Shown piece after piece: positions 50,761 to 64,000 of a stretch of DNA of 64,000 nucleotides. The position numbers and the translations under genes are program-made. Below the pieces are notes generated by a model. That model searched no databases, was not told where the DNA came from, and worked only from the letters and a program-made list of their open reading frames with translations. This DNA comes from Malacoraja senta. Taxonomy: Eukaryota. Position 1 is the stretch's first letter, and the number at the start of each line of letters is the position of its first letter. The DNA lies in contig CM075987.1 of assembly GCA_038087875.1 (NCBI GenBank), forward strand, positions 26,414,001 through 26,478,000, given 5' to 3'.

Positions 50761-52855
50761 AACAAATGAATGAAAGACATGCAAAAAATTAACGATGGTA
50801 AAGGGCCCTCCCCCACCCGAGTCATTCTAGTTTGACTGTTGTCCTGGTGAGTTTCGTTGTCTGTAACTCGTTTTCACCCAGCCCACAGCTAACAATGGCC
50901 TGTTTCCTTTTATCATCATTACTTGTTTGCATATCTCTCATTCATTTGTTCCATATCTCTCCTGATCACCGTCTATATCTCTCGTTTCCTTTTTCCCCCG
51001 ACTCTCAGTCTGAAGAAGGGTCTCGACCCAAAACGTCTCCTATTCCTTCTCTCCAGAGATGCTGCCTGTCCCGCTGAGTCACTCCAGCTTTTTGTGTCTA
51101 TCTCTGAAAATTCATTCTTACCATTGGGAATTAAATCTAGGGCGAAACAAGATATTTGATTCCACAAATATAATATTTTATTTTATTCTTTGTTATTGTA
51201 GTTCAGTTTAGAGATACAGTGTGGATACAGGCCCTTCGTCCCACCGATAACATAGAACTAGTGTGGATGTGCCTACCAGCAATCACCCACACTAGTTCTA
51301 TGTTATCCCACTCTCCGTTACACACCCTGCACACTAGGGACAATTTTTACCGAAGCTAATTAACCTACAAACCTTCAAGTCTTTTGGAATGTGGGAGAAA
51401 ACCCATTTTGTCACGGGGAGAACAGACAATGTCCGTACAGACAGCACCCATAGTCAGGAAAACCCCCGGGGTCTCTGGCACTGTAAGGCTGCAACTCTAC
51501 TGCTGTGCCTCTGTGCTTCCCCCCAACATGTCGCCTGTTTGGTCGTGAGTAGTCGCCCAAAGAGTCGTACCTTTTTCTGGTCGACGCTGGATTTTCAACA
51601 CGTTGAGAATTTTTGGCCACCTGCTGCGACTTTGACGGGTGCCGGCAAGTCGCCGAAAAAAATCGCGCAAGTGGGACAGGCCCTTTTAAATTTCCCTTGC
51701 ACATGAAACGCACTTTTATTTCGAAGATAGACACAAAAGGCTGGAGTAACTCAGCGGGACAGGCAGCATCTCAGGAGAGAAGGAATAGATGACGTTTTGG
51801 GTCGAGACCCTTCTTCAGACTGAGAGTCAGGGGAGAGGGAGACGAGAGAAATAGACGGTGATACAGAGAGATGCAGAACAAATGAATGAAAGATATTCAA
51901 AAAAGTAACGGTGATCTAGGAAACAGCCCATTGTTAGCTGTGGCGTTTATTTAATTTAATTTAACTTTTATTTTGAACTTGGAAAGGTTCATGCATCCTA
52001 ACCCCTGAGTATGTTATACAAAGTGCTGGGTGTGATCATTAAACACCAAGGCTCGCTTCAGAAACCAAATTACAAGGGCAGAGTAAATCTAATAAATGAA
52101 CAAGACCCATTGACCTCTGAGGAACCAATTACCCAAATAAAAATCATTACATTTTAAAAATTCAAGTGATATATTCAAAGAGAAAATCCATTATTCTTAA
52201 TGGAATACAATGGAGCTCCGACTGGAAAAATTATTTTAAATTAATTTTTTGGCTTGTGAGTGTCAGTGGCAAGGCCAGGATTTATTGCCCAACTCCAGCT
52301 TGCTTGCTTGTCAATGATCCATTAGGGTAGCCTTTCTCAAGCACCATCCTTTGTGCAGCAAATTTATTCTCACGGGGTGGGTTATGCATGGCTTTTGACC
52401 CAGCAATGATAAAGGAATCATCCTACCATAACCAGAGAGCAGTGCTGAACTACTATCTACCTCTTTGGAGACCCTCGGACAATCCTTGATTGGACTTTGC
52501 TGGCTTTACCTTACTAAACGTCATTCCCTTATCACGTATCAGTCCATGCGGGTGTCACGATTGTAATCATGTATTGATTTTCCGCTGACTGGATAGCACG
52601 CAACAAAAGCTTTTCATTGTAGCTCGGTACACGTGACAATAAGCTGTACTGGAAGATCAAAAAGCTGAAACACAAATCACTGTCTTTGACCACTAGCTCA
52701 AACTTTTAATATTCATTTTTTAGCCTGGGAAATAAAATGCCTCTCTCAACTTCCAGAGTTTTCATGGAGAGACCTAATTGAGTTGAGTTGAGTTGAGTTC
52801 ATAAGTGATAGGAGCAGAATTTGGCCATTCGGCCCATCAGGTCTACTCCACCATT

Positions 52856-53055
52856 NNNNNNNNNNNNNNNNNNNNNNNNNNNNNNNNNNNNNNNNNNNNN
52901 NNNNNNNNNNNNNNNNNNNNNNNNNNNNNNNNNNNNNNNNNNNNNNNNNNNNNNNNNNNNNNNNNNNNNNNNNNNNNNNNNNNNNNNNNNNNNNNNNNNN
53001 NNNNNNNNNNNNNNNNNNNNNNNNNNNNNNNNNNNNNNNNNNNNNNNNNNNNNNN
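52856..53055. other. Assembly gap (200 N)
   Basis: Run of N inside a CR1 element. Confidence 0.99.
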
Positions 53056-54790
53056 ACTAGTTACATCCTCGAAAAATTCTAGAAGATTCGTCAGACATGA
53101 TTTACCTTTCATAAATCCATGCTGACTTTGTCCAATGATTTCACCACTTTCCAAATGTGCTGCTATCCCATCTTTAATAACTGACTCTAGCATTTTCCCC
53201 ACTACCAATGTTAGACTAACTGGTCTGTAATTCCCCGTTTTCTCTCTCCCTCCCTTTTTAAAAAGTGGGGTTACGTTTGCTACCCTCCAATCCTCAGGAA
53301 CTACTCCAGAGTCTAAAGAGTTCTGAAAAATTATCATTTCTGGGGCTACTTCCTTAAGTACTCTGGGATGCAGCCTGTCTGGCCCTGGGGATTTATCGGC
53401 CTTTAATCCATTCAATTTACCTAACACCACTTCCCGGCTAACCGGGATTTCACTCAGTTCCTCCATCTCATTTGACCCCCGGTCCCCTGCTGTTTCCGGC
53501 AGATTATTTATGTCTTCCTTAGTGAAGACAGAACCAAAGTAGTTATTCAATTGGTCTGCCATATCCTTGTTCCCCATGATCAATTCACCCGTTTCTGACT
53601 GCAAGGGACCTACATTTGTTTTAACTAATCTTTTTCTCTTCACATATCTATAAAAACTTTTGCAGTCAGTTTTTATGTTCCCTGCCAGTTTTTTTTCATA
53701 ATCTATTTTCCCTTTCCTAATTAAGCCCTTTGTCCTCCTCTGCTGGACTCTGAATTTCTCCCAGTCCTCTGGTAGGCTGCTTTTTCTGGCTAAATTGTAT
53801 GCTTCATCTTTTGTTTTGATACTATCCTGATTTCCTTTGTTATCCACGGATGCACTACCTTCCCTGATTTATTCTTTTGCCAAACTGGGATGAACAATTG
53901 TTGTAGTTTATCCATGCAGTCTTTAAATGCCTTCCATTGCATATCCACCGTCAACCCTTTTAGAACTAATTGCCAGTCAATCTTGGCCAATTCACGTCTC
54001 ATACCCTCAAAGTTACCTTTCTTTAAGTTCAGAACCCTTGTTTCTGAATTAACAATGTCACTCTCCATCCTAATGAAGAACCAGAGATTATTACCTTTGA
54101 GGTCCTACTTTTAAGTTTATCTCCTAGCTCCCTAAATTCACCTTGTAGGACGTCATCCCTATATCATTTACCTATATCATTGGTGCCAATGTGCACCACG
54201 ACAGCTGGCTGTTCACCCTCCCCCTCCAGAATGTTCTGCAGCCGTTCAGTGACATCCCTGACCCTTGCACCAGGGAGGCAACATACCATCCTGGAGTCTC
54301 GCATGCGGCCGCAGAAACTCCTATCTATTCCCCTTACAATTGAATCCCCTATTACTATGGCCCTTCCACTCTTTTTCCTCCCCTCCTGTGCCGCAGAGCC
54401 ACCCATGGTGCCATGAACTTGGCTGCAGCTACCTTCCCCTGATGAGCCATCTCCCCCAACAGTATCCAAAATGGTATATCTGTTTAGGAGGGAGATGACC
54501 GCAGGGGACTCCTGCACTACCTCCCTACTGCTACGCTGGCTAGTGGCCACCCGTTCCCTTTCTGTCCGCTTACCTTTTACCTGCGGTGTGACCAACTCGC
54601 TGTACGTGCTATTCACGACTTTCTCAGCATCGTGGATGCTCCAGTATGAATCCAACCGCAGCTCCAATCGTTCAATGCGGTCTGCCAGGAGCTGCAGCTG
54701 GACACACTTCCTGCAAACGTAGTCACCAGGGACACCGACCATATCCCCGATCTCCCACATGTTGCAGGTTGAGCAAACCATGGGGCCGAT
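53056..54790 (-). mobile_element. CR1 LINE with ORF1 (zinc finger/leucine zipper plus SGNH esterase) and an ORF2 RT part; internally deleted
   Basis: ORF1: CSTC...CRKC, IVIGDSIVR, CCLPGARV, VVHIGTND. ORF2: DWRVANVTPLFKKG...NYRPVSLT...QHGFMKGKSCLTNLLEFFE. The APE region is missing. Confidence 0.92.
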
Positions 54791-56679
54791 CTCAACTGAT
54801 CAAACCTATCTATCAAGAAAGAACTGATGGAATCATAGTGTGGTGAGTCTGTGGAATTATCTGCCTCAGAGGGCGGTGGAGGCAGGTTCTCTAGATGCTA
54901 GGGGATATGGGGAGAAGGCAGGATTGGGGATGATCAGCCATGATCATATTGAATGGCGGTGCTGGCTCGAAGGGCCAAATGGCCTACTCCTGCACCTATT
55001 GTCTATTGTCTATTGTCACTATAGCTACAAAAGACATTGAGTTTCATGTTAGATATGATTATCATTTTTAAAAAAGCCTACAACAATGAATATCAGTGCC
55101 AAGCCACAGGAAAAATCTTACTTTATTTATGAGATAATAGTTATCTTAAATTTTAACTGATTGAGATTACTTTGCAGAGAATTCAAAAAATTATAATCTG
55201 GGTCAATAATTTGATTGTAGTTTAATTTCAGTTCTTAAACCTTATCTTTTAGGCAGAGATAGATAGATTCTTGATTAGTACGGGTGTCAGGGGCTATGGG
55301 GAGAAGGCAGGAGAATGGGGTTAGGAGGGACAGCAGAACAGCCATGATTGAATGGCGGAGGAGACTTGATGGGCCGAATGGCCTAATTCTGCTCCTATCA
55401 ATTAATTACTTTAATGAACCTTCTCAGGATCCCAATTCTTAAAAGCAATGCAAACAGCAGCATTGGAAATATGAAGGAAGGCACAGAGCACGGGAGTAAC
55501 TCAGCGGGTCAGGAGAACATGGATAGGCGATATTTCGGGTCAGAACTCTTCTTCAAACTGAAGACAGACACAAAATGCTGGAGTAACTCAGCGGGACAGG
55601 CAGCATCTCTGGAAAGAGGGAATGGTTGACGTTTTGCATTGGGACCCTTCTTTTGACTGAACTTTTGGCTTTCTTCAAACTTCCTTCAAAGTGATTGTGT
55701 GGAGGGGGATGAAAGCTGGAAGTGATAAGTAGAGAGACAAAGCTTGGCCGCAGGTCATGGGCTGACACTGGTAAGAAGGAAATTCAGAAGTTCACAAGTG
55801 AGAGGAGCAGAATTAGGCCATTCGGCCCATTAAGTCTACTCCGCCATTCAATCATGGCCACACTATCATTCAGTCATGTCTGATTTATTATGGGCAGATG
55901 GTTGGACAAAGTCCAGAGATGATAGGAGGTCAGAGTATGAATTTCACTGAAGTGATGGCCAGTTTGAAAGAAGTTGTCCCTCTTATTAAAAATCACCATC
56001 TGATTTTGAAACAAAAAGCTGGAGTAACTCAGTGGGTCAGACAGCATCTCTGGAGAAAAGGAATTGGTGATGTTTCAGGTCGAGACCCTTCTTCAGAGAT
56101 GCTTCTCTGTCCCGCTGAGTTACTCCAGGTTTTTGTGTCTATCTTCAGTTTAATCCAGCATCTTCTTACTCCATCTGATTTAGAATAGATACTGTAAAAC
56201 ATTGATTTCGAATGAATGAAAGCTATCATTGGTCATTGTCTAACTCATGTGGACAGATACATCAAATAGAACAGCAGTTTTAATGATGAAGATTGATAGC
56301 CATTGATAATGTAACGCCGACCAGCGATCCCCGCACATTAACACTATCCTACCATCACGAGGGACAATTTACAATTTTACCCAACTTACAAACCTGCAAG
56401 TCTTTGGAGTGTGGGACGGAACCGGAGCAGCCGGTGAAAAGTCACAGGGAGAACGTACAAACTCCGTACAGACACCACGTGTGGTCTGGATCGAACCCGG
56501 GTCTTTCGCGCTGTAAGGCGGCAACGCTACTGCTGCGCCACCGTGCTGCCCGGTAAGTTAAATAAATAAAATGAAAGCAGCGATGATAAGGAAGATGACA
56601 CCTACACTGTAAATTCACGCCAAGACGAAGATTCTGAGAAAAAATATAATTTCATCTAATCATTTGGAATAGTCAGTTA

Positions 56680-56863
56680 AGGGCCTGTCCCACTTAGGCG
56701 ACAGCCAGGGACTAGTTTAAATGGAATGCACCTGTGACAGCTGGCAACAACCTTCGACAGCAAACATTGTCGCCAATGTCGATGAAAGTTTTTCAACATG
56801 TTGAAAACTTTGCGCCAGTCGCCTGTAGTCGCCCAAAAAAATCGGCTAAGTGGGACAGGCCCA
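56680..56863. mobile_element. PIF/Harbinger-type MITE (same family as 32125-32307)
   Basis: TIR gggcctgtcccacttag. TTA TSD at 56677-56679 and 56864-56866. Confidence 0.85.
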
Positions 56864-57500
56864 TTAAGGTTTTGGAAAGAAAAATGATTTTTATGTCAAA
56901 AAAAATGATTTATTTCGTATAGGAAGGAACTGCAGATGCCAGTTTAAACAGAACATAGACATGGGTGACGTTTCAGGTCGAGACCCTTCTTCAGACTCAA
57001 CTGAACAGTCTGAGGAAAGGTCTCGACCCAAAACTTCACCCAATCCTTCTCTCCAGAGATGCTGCCCGTCCCGCTGAGTTACTCCAGCATTGTGTGTCTG
57101 TCTAAGTGATTTATTAAATTCCCTTTCGCTCTCCGCATTCGCATCCCAATAATCAACTAGAAAACATGATTTTCATACCGGGATGATGAAGGATGTGGAT
57201 TTACGTGGCAGTCCTACAGTAATAAATAGCTAGCAGGATGCATGATTTAAGTTGAAGCTTGCGGTTTAGATGATTCACTTTGTTTTGCTGCATCAGCACA
57301 TCCGTCAGACAAAGAGTCATCCATCCAGCTAAACTACTGCAACGCCAGACAGTGTCCGCGGATGAATCCTGTTCACCTGGATCACACCGTCTCTGTGTGT
57401 TTTGTTTCAATCTGAGTTCACCGGCCGTCATCTCCCCCCCCACCACAAATCTGTAAGTCCTGAACTTGTGCCTTTTTGCACTTAGACTTCATACTTAAGA

Positions 57501-58185
57501 CACACGGTGGCGCAACGGTAGAGTTGCTGTCTCACAGCGCCAGAGACCCGGGTTCGATCCTGACTACGGGTGCTGTCTGTACGGAGTTTGTACATTCTCC
57601 CCGTGACCACGTGGGTTTTCTCCGGGTGCCCCGGTTTCCTCCCACACTCCAAAGACGTACAGGTTTGTAGGTTAATTGGCTTCAGTAAAAATTGCAAATT
57701 GCCCCTAGTGTGTGTAGGATAGTGCTAGTGTATGGGGGTCGCTGGTCGGTGCAGACTCATTGGGCCGAAGGGCCTGTTTCCACACTGTATCTCTAAAGTC
57801 TAAAGTTACTTTTTTAATCATTTATTTATTTTTCAATAGCCGCCAAATTGTTAACTGAGATCAATAACCTTTCGTTTAGTTTAATTTAGATTAGTTTAGA
57901 GATACAGCATGGAAACAGGCCCTTCGGCCCACCGAGTCCGTGCCGACCAGCGATACCCGCACACTAACACAATCCTACACGCACCAGGGACAATTTTTAT
58001 AATTTTTTAACCAAGCCAATTAGCCGATAAGCCTGTACGTCTTCGGAATGTGGGAGGAAACCGGAGATCCCGGAGAAAACCCACGCAGGTCATGGGGAGA
58101 AGGTACAGAGAGTGCCCATCGTCAGGATCGAACCGGGATTTCTGGTGCTGTAAAGCAGCAACTCTACCGCTGCATCACCGGGCCA
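57501..58185. mobile_element. Two HE1-like SINEs tail-to-tail (+ about 57501-57805; - about 57874-58185)
   Basis: Both match the SINE consensus. Confidence 0.87.
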
Positions 58186-59629
58186 CCCTAGATGAAGGGC
58201 AATTGACCTGAAGAGTTATCTCTGTTCTCTCCTCACAGAGGGTCTCCCTTTCTGATACGCTATTCCAGAATTTAAGAGGCCGAGTTAAAGTTAGACCTTG
58301 GATTGAAAGGACGGCCTGCCTATCCTTAGCATGGTCCAGTGCTCGACTCATCGTCCGGTGCTGAATGTCCGGTCACCTTCATTCTGCAAGTAAGCATAGC
58401 GATGAATCTGGCCGTAGAACGATCCTTCACCCGCACAACAATGGAACTATCATCTCCACTTCATTGGATTTCAGGTTCTCTCTGGAGGATGAATATTGCT
58501 CAGGGGCACAGCTGGATTGAACCTTGGCTCACGCTTTCTCTTGAAGGAGAGAAACAAAATCTCCTGACACAGAGTACGCTGTGCCAAAACTGCAAACTGG
58601 ACTAGTTCCAAAGTGGAAATGAAAGCCGCAACCATTAACATCAGTGAGATACACCGATCTCAACCCAAAACGTCACCCATTCCTTCTCTCCAGAGATGCT
58701 GCCTATCCCGCAGAGTGACTCCTTTTGTCTACCTTATTGTTCAGCTTAGTTCAGTTGAGTTTAGTTAATCGTCATGTGTACCGAGGTACAGTGATCCTGC
58801 AGTCGATCACTATCTCCTTTGTCTTGCTGCCATTGAGAGCCCTGACGTTAACATTAATGGAACAGCACCTTTACGGTTGGTGAGACAGGATCGCCCGGTT
58901 TTTCCACCCATTTTAATTTAGTTTAGTTTAATTTACCGAGTTACAGTGAAAAGCTTTTGTTGCGTGCTAACCAGCCAGCGGAAAGACGATACATGATTAC
59001 AATCGAGCCATTTACAGTGTACAGATACATGGGAAGGGAATAACGTTCAGTGCATGGTAAAGAATAGAATAGAATAATAGAATAACGTTTATTGTCATTT
59101 GAACCTAAGTTCAAACGAAATTACGTTTCTGCAGTCATACAAACAAGAAAAAAAAAACAAGACACACAATTAACACAATTTACATCAACATCCATCACAG
59201 TGAATCTCCAAACACCTCCTCACTGTGATGGAAGGCAAAGTCTTGTCTCTCCCCTGCTCTGTATTCTTCTTCTGATGTTAAAGCCCCCGGCGGGCGATGG
59301 CAAGTCCCGCGGCCGTTAAAGCCGCCCCGGTGATGTAAGGCCCCGCTCCGGGTCGTTTTTAACCCCGCGATTCGGGCGGGAGAAGTTGCCGTTGCGGGAG
59401 CTCCGAAAAGCGGTCTCCCACCAGGGACCCGCGAGCTCCCGATGTTACCGTCCACAGGGCCTGCAGCCAGTAACGTCCAATCAAAGATAGTCCGTGGGTC
59501 ACCAATGAGGTAAATAGTAGTTAGGACTGACCTCGAGTTGTGGTCAGCTACTCAACTACTTAATTTATGATTACAGAACATGATCATAACCAAGCCGTCC
59601 ACAGTGTACAGATACATGATAAGATGCCA

Positions 59630-60141
59630 TCGTAAGATGCTGCAGATGTTCTGCCAGTGCCATCTTCTTCGCTGCCGTGTGCCGGGGCAGCAGGGCGAAG
59701 GCCTTGGACGCCAACAGAATCAACAAGCTCATCAGGAAGGCCGGCTCCATCCTGGGGGCTGAGTTGGATCCACGGGAGGTTAGTCTTGGAGGGGAGGATG
59801 CTCCTCAAACTGCGGAGCATCCTGGACAATACAGCTCACCCCCTCCGTGACACACTGGTCAACCTGAGGAGCACGTTCAGCAACAGACTGGTTCCACCAA
59901 GATGCAGCCCAGAACGCCACAGGAGATCCTTCTTCCCTGTGGCGATCAAACAGAACAAATCCTCACCCTTCCGTCGTGGGGTAGACTCCCCCCCCCCTCA
60001 CCAATCTTTGCACATCCCCAATCCTGGACTTTCCACTCGTCACTTTAACTTCATGTTTCATGTATCTTGCTGTGTTGTATGACTGTTGGCAGACCAATTT
60101 CCCTCCTGGGATAAAGAACGTTCTATCGTTTCGTATCGTAT
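59630..60141 (+). mobile_element. Rex1/Babar LINE 3' fragment
   Basis: NKLIRKAGSILG...ILDNTAHPL...RHRRSFFPVAIK with a tcgta tail. Confidence 0.8.
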
Positions 60142-61260
60142 AAAGGGAATAGACACCAACGAATGCAAATGAGACTGAAATTGGTTCCTTGTTCCCATTG
60201 CTAACCCTTCGTTAATTTTGGCATCACTCTGATGCTTTTCCTTCATCTGATGATGTTCCTCACCCTGGCTCCAGTTCAACCAACTGGGAGCATCACGACA
60301 GGGCCAAATACTCAATGTACCGAAAAGTGACAAATGTTCCCGACAGAAGGATCCTGCATGTTATCGGGGCACATTTCACGCCTGCCTGTGTCCGATTATC
60401 CTGCCACGCTTATCTCTCCTTCCCACTTCCAGCTTCGTACAGCACACATTTAGTTTAGTTCAGATAAGCACATGGTGCTGGAGTAACTGAGCGGGTCAGG
60501 CAGCATCTCTCTTGAGAAAGTCTTAAGAGACACAGCGCGGAAACAGGCGCTTCTGCCCACCGAGTCCGTGCCAACCAGCGATCACCCCGTACACTGGCAC
60601 GATGCTACACGCCATTTTTACCGAAGCAAATTAACTTACAAACCTGTACGTGTTTGTAGTGTGTGAGGAAACCTGCCTTTTCCCCCATAACCTTTGACCC
60701 CCGTCCTAATCAAGTACCTATCAATCTCCGCCTTAGAAATACCCAAATGTCTTGGCCTCCACAGCTGTCTGCGGCAAGGAATTCCCACAGAAGTGTGAAA
60801 ACGCAGACCTCCAGATTCAGGGAGAGTTTCTTCCCAGCTGTTATCAGGCAACTGGATCATCCTACCACCACCAGAGAGCAGTCCTGAACTACTATCTACC
60901 TCATGGGTGACCCTCAGACTATCCTTCATTGGACTGTGTTGGCTTTACCTTGCACTAGACATTATTCCCTCATCATGTATCTACACATTGTAAATGGCTC
61001 GATTGTAATCATGTGTTGTCTTTCCGCTGACTGATTGGCACGCGACAATCGCTTTTCACTGTACCTCGGTACACGTGACAATAAACTCAACTGAACTAAA
61101 CTAAGATTCACCTCCCTCCGGCTAAATTATCTGCAGATTAGTGTTGGGCTAGAGTCTAGCCAGTGAAGATCGGGAGGCTGTCTGATTACAGGAAACGTGG
61201 TTAAAAAGTCCAACACCCTTCTCCCATTGCGTACGTCCACAATTCCCAGAAAGGATCGCT

Positions 61261-61572
61261 GGTTTGGTTTAGAGATACAGCGCTGAAACTGGCTCTTCGG
61301 CCCACCGAGTCCACGCCGACCAGCGATCCCCGCACACTAACAATTCCCTACACACACTGGGGACAATTTTTCACGTTTTTATACAAAAGCCAATTAACCT
61401 ACACACCTGTACATCTTTGGAGTGTGGGAGGAAACCGGAGCACCCGGAGAAAACCCACGCAGGTCACGGGGAGAACGTACAAACTCCGTACAGACAGCAC
61501 CCGTGGTCAGGAACGAACCCGGGTTTCTGTCGCTGTGAGGCAGCAACTCTACCGCTGCGCCACCGTGCTGCC
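61261..61572 (-). mobile_element. HE1/V-SINE-like SINE
   Basis: Matches the SINE consensus (reverse complement). Confidence 0.88.
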
Positions 61573-62124
61573 CTTAATGGGTTAATGGGCATGAACTGGG
61601 AATTGCAGTTGAAATCCAAGGACAACTGCAACATTGCCAATCACTTCCCGGTCTATGATGCATAAATTTGATCAAATATGTGGATCAGACAGACCAAGGA
61701 TTTCTCTCCACACCTTGGCTGCTCACCAAATTGACTGCATGACGCAAGCCTATTTTTAGTTACAAAATGGAAGGGCTTTTTTTTGTTCTGATTGAGAGGA
61801 AGACGGGCAAAATGCAGGATCATCTTTTGAAGAGCTCAGCTGCTGTCAACCCACGTCGGGCCTGTTCAGCCTCCAATTCCTCACCCACTCCAAGCCAGGC
61901 TAAAAATAAAAGCATCACGATGAGAACACAAGCATCATTTCATATCAGACACCAGAACAGATTGAAAGAGGTGACGTCAATGCCGCAGTAGGAAGGAACT
62001 GCAGATGCTGGTTTATACCGAAGATAGACTCAAAATGCTGGAGTAACTCAGCCGCCTAGGCAGCATCTCTGGATAGAATGAATGGGTGGCGTTTTGGGTC
62101 GAGACCCTTCTTCAGACTGAACTG

Positions 62125-62863
62125 AATGTTGCAGTTGTATAAAACGTTGGTGAGACCGCATTTAGAGTATTGTGTTCAGTTCTGGGCACCGTGTTATAAG
62201 AAAGACGTTGTCAAGCTGGAAAGGGTGCAGAGACGATTTACAGTATGAGGATGTTGCCAGGACTAGAGGGTGTGAGCTACAGGGAGAGGTTGAGTAGAAT
62301 CATAGAGCATAAAGTTATACAGTGTGAAAACAGGTCCTTCGGCCCATCTCGCCCACACTGCCCAACAATGTCCAAGCTACACTAGTCCCACTTGCCTGCG
62401 CTTGGTCCATATCCCTCCGAACCTGGCCTATCCATGTAACTGTCCAACTAGGCTGAGACTCTATGCCTTGGAGCGCAGGAGGATGAGGGGTGATCTTATA
62501 GATGTGTATAAAAGAATGTGAGGAATAGATCGGGTAGACGCACAGAGTCTCTTGCCCAGAGTAGGTGAATCAAGGACCAGAGGCCATCGGTTTCAGGTGA
62601 AGGGGAAAAGATTTAATAGGAATCCGAGGGGTAACGTTTTCACACAAAGGGTGGTGGGTGTTTGGATCGAGCTGCCAGTGGAGGTAGTTGAGGTGGGGAC
62701 TATTGCAATGTTGAAGAAACAGTTAGACAGTTAGGTACATGGATAGGACAGGTTTAGAGGGATAAGGACCAATAGGTGGGCCTAGTGTAGCTGGGACATG
62801 TTGGCCGGTGTGGGAAAGTTGGGCCAAAGGGCCTTTTTCCACGCTGTATCACTCTATGACTCT
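62125..62863 (+). mobile_element. CR1-type LINE 3' fragment with an inverted 3'UTR piece nested near 62298-62447
   Basis: ERRRMRGDLIDVYK and ESRTRGHRFQVKG...FTQRVVGVW motifs. Confidence 0.82.
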
Positions 62864-62865
62864 AA

Positions 62866-63243
62866 AGGGGCTTTCCCACTGCGGCGACCTAATTGGCGAG
62901 TTTAGAAGAGTTTAGGAGAGTTTGAAAAAATGTTATGTAGAAAACTATCTACGACTACCTTCGACTAACTTCGAGTACCTTTGACTATCCTCGACTACCT
63001 ACGACTAACATGCCGACCTACTACGACCTACTTTGACTAAACCTACGAGTAAAAAAAGTATCGATTTTTTCCATGGCGACCTTTTTTTACTCGCGGACAT
63101 TTTTCAACATGTTGAAAAATACGCCGCGACCTAGCCGAGGCGTCAAGTACGCGGGGACTACTCTCGAGCATGAAGGAGAGTTACAAAGACCTCCTAGGAC
63201 CTCGTGTCGACCATGCTGCGAGTATGAGTTGAGGGCAAAGTCG
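62866..63243. mobile_element. Truncated Harbinger-like MITE with internal actacgac-type repeats
   Basis: taa|aggggctttcccact resembles the TIR family above. No right TIR seen. Confidence 0.55.
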
Positions 63244-63519
63244 GTCCTAGACTCTCCCACTAGTGGGAACATCCTCTCCACATCCACTCTATCAAGGCCT
63301 TTCACTATTCGGTAATTCTGAATAAGGTCCCCCCTCATCCTTCTAAACTCCAGCGAGTACAGGCCCAGTGCCGTCAAACGCTCATCATATGTTAACCCAC
63401 TCATTCCTGGGATCATCATATGTTAACCTACTCATTCCAGTTCACAGGGCGGACAATAGTACTCCAACAGAAAGAGTACAATAAGGGGACATGCAAGTTA
63501 TTAATTTGGCTTTAAGAAC

Positions 63520-63975
63520 AGGGCAGCACGATGGCGTAACGTTAGGGCCTTACAGCTCCAGAGACCCCGGTTCGATCCTGACTACGGGATCTGTACGGAG
63601 TTTGTACATTCTCCCCTTCGTGATAGAGCTCTTAAAAATAGCAGAGTCAGGGGATATGGGGAGAAGGCAGGAACGGGGTACTGATTGGGGATGATCAGCC
63701 ATGATCACATGGAATGGCGGTGCTGGCTCGAAGAGCCCAATGGCCTACTCCTGCACATATTGTCTATTGTCTATTGTGACCTGCGTGGGTTTTCTCCGAG
63801 ATCTTTGGTTTCCTCCCACACTCCAACTGGTTTGTAGGTCAATTGGATTGGTTATAAATGTAAAATTGTCCCTAGTGTGTGTAGGGTAGTGTTAGTGCGT
63901 GGGGATCGCTGCTCGGCGCAGACTCGGTGGGCCGAAGGGCCTGTTTCTGCGCTGTATCTCCAAACTAAACTAAAC
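63520..63975 (+). mobile_element. HE1-like SINE interrupted by a CR1 3'UTR
   Basis: SINE halves flank the insert near 63622-63775. Confidence 0.8.
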
Positions 63976-64000
63976 AGAAAAGCAGGTAATTGTCATATAA

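Noticed and set aside
52805..53125. ORFs spanning X residues
   Set aside because: Created by the N gap.
54164..54781. Host SGNH esterase gene
   Set aside because: It is CR1 ORF1, adjacent to RT-containing ORF2 with frameshifts and deletions.

Overview
Repeat-dense vertebrate intronic DNA from a cartilaginous fish, probably a skate or ray (inferred from abundant HE1/V-SINE-type SINEs and HER1/CR1-type LINEs). The only host-gene sequence I can support is two consecutive minus-strand coding exons of BRINP1 (36876-37045 and 8561-8666), in frame across a 28.2-kb intron. The rest is nested retroposon and DNA-transposon debris: tRNA-headed SINEs, CR1, L2, L1, RTE and Rex1/Babar fragments, Penelope-like (GIY-YIG) elements with hammerhead-ribozyme-like motifs, and Tc1, PIF/Harbinger and hAT-like MITEs. 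There is one 200-N gap. Most ORFs in the track are repeat artefacts. The top observation is a ~140-bp TSD-flanked retroposon present in two copies (21749-21888 and 50621-50760). Its 5' 54 nt fold as a CPEB3-like HDV ribozyme, and both copies are in the sense orientation of the BRINP1 pre-mRNA. Repeat boundaries were read by eye and are approximate unless a TSD is cited.
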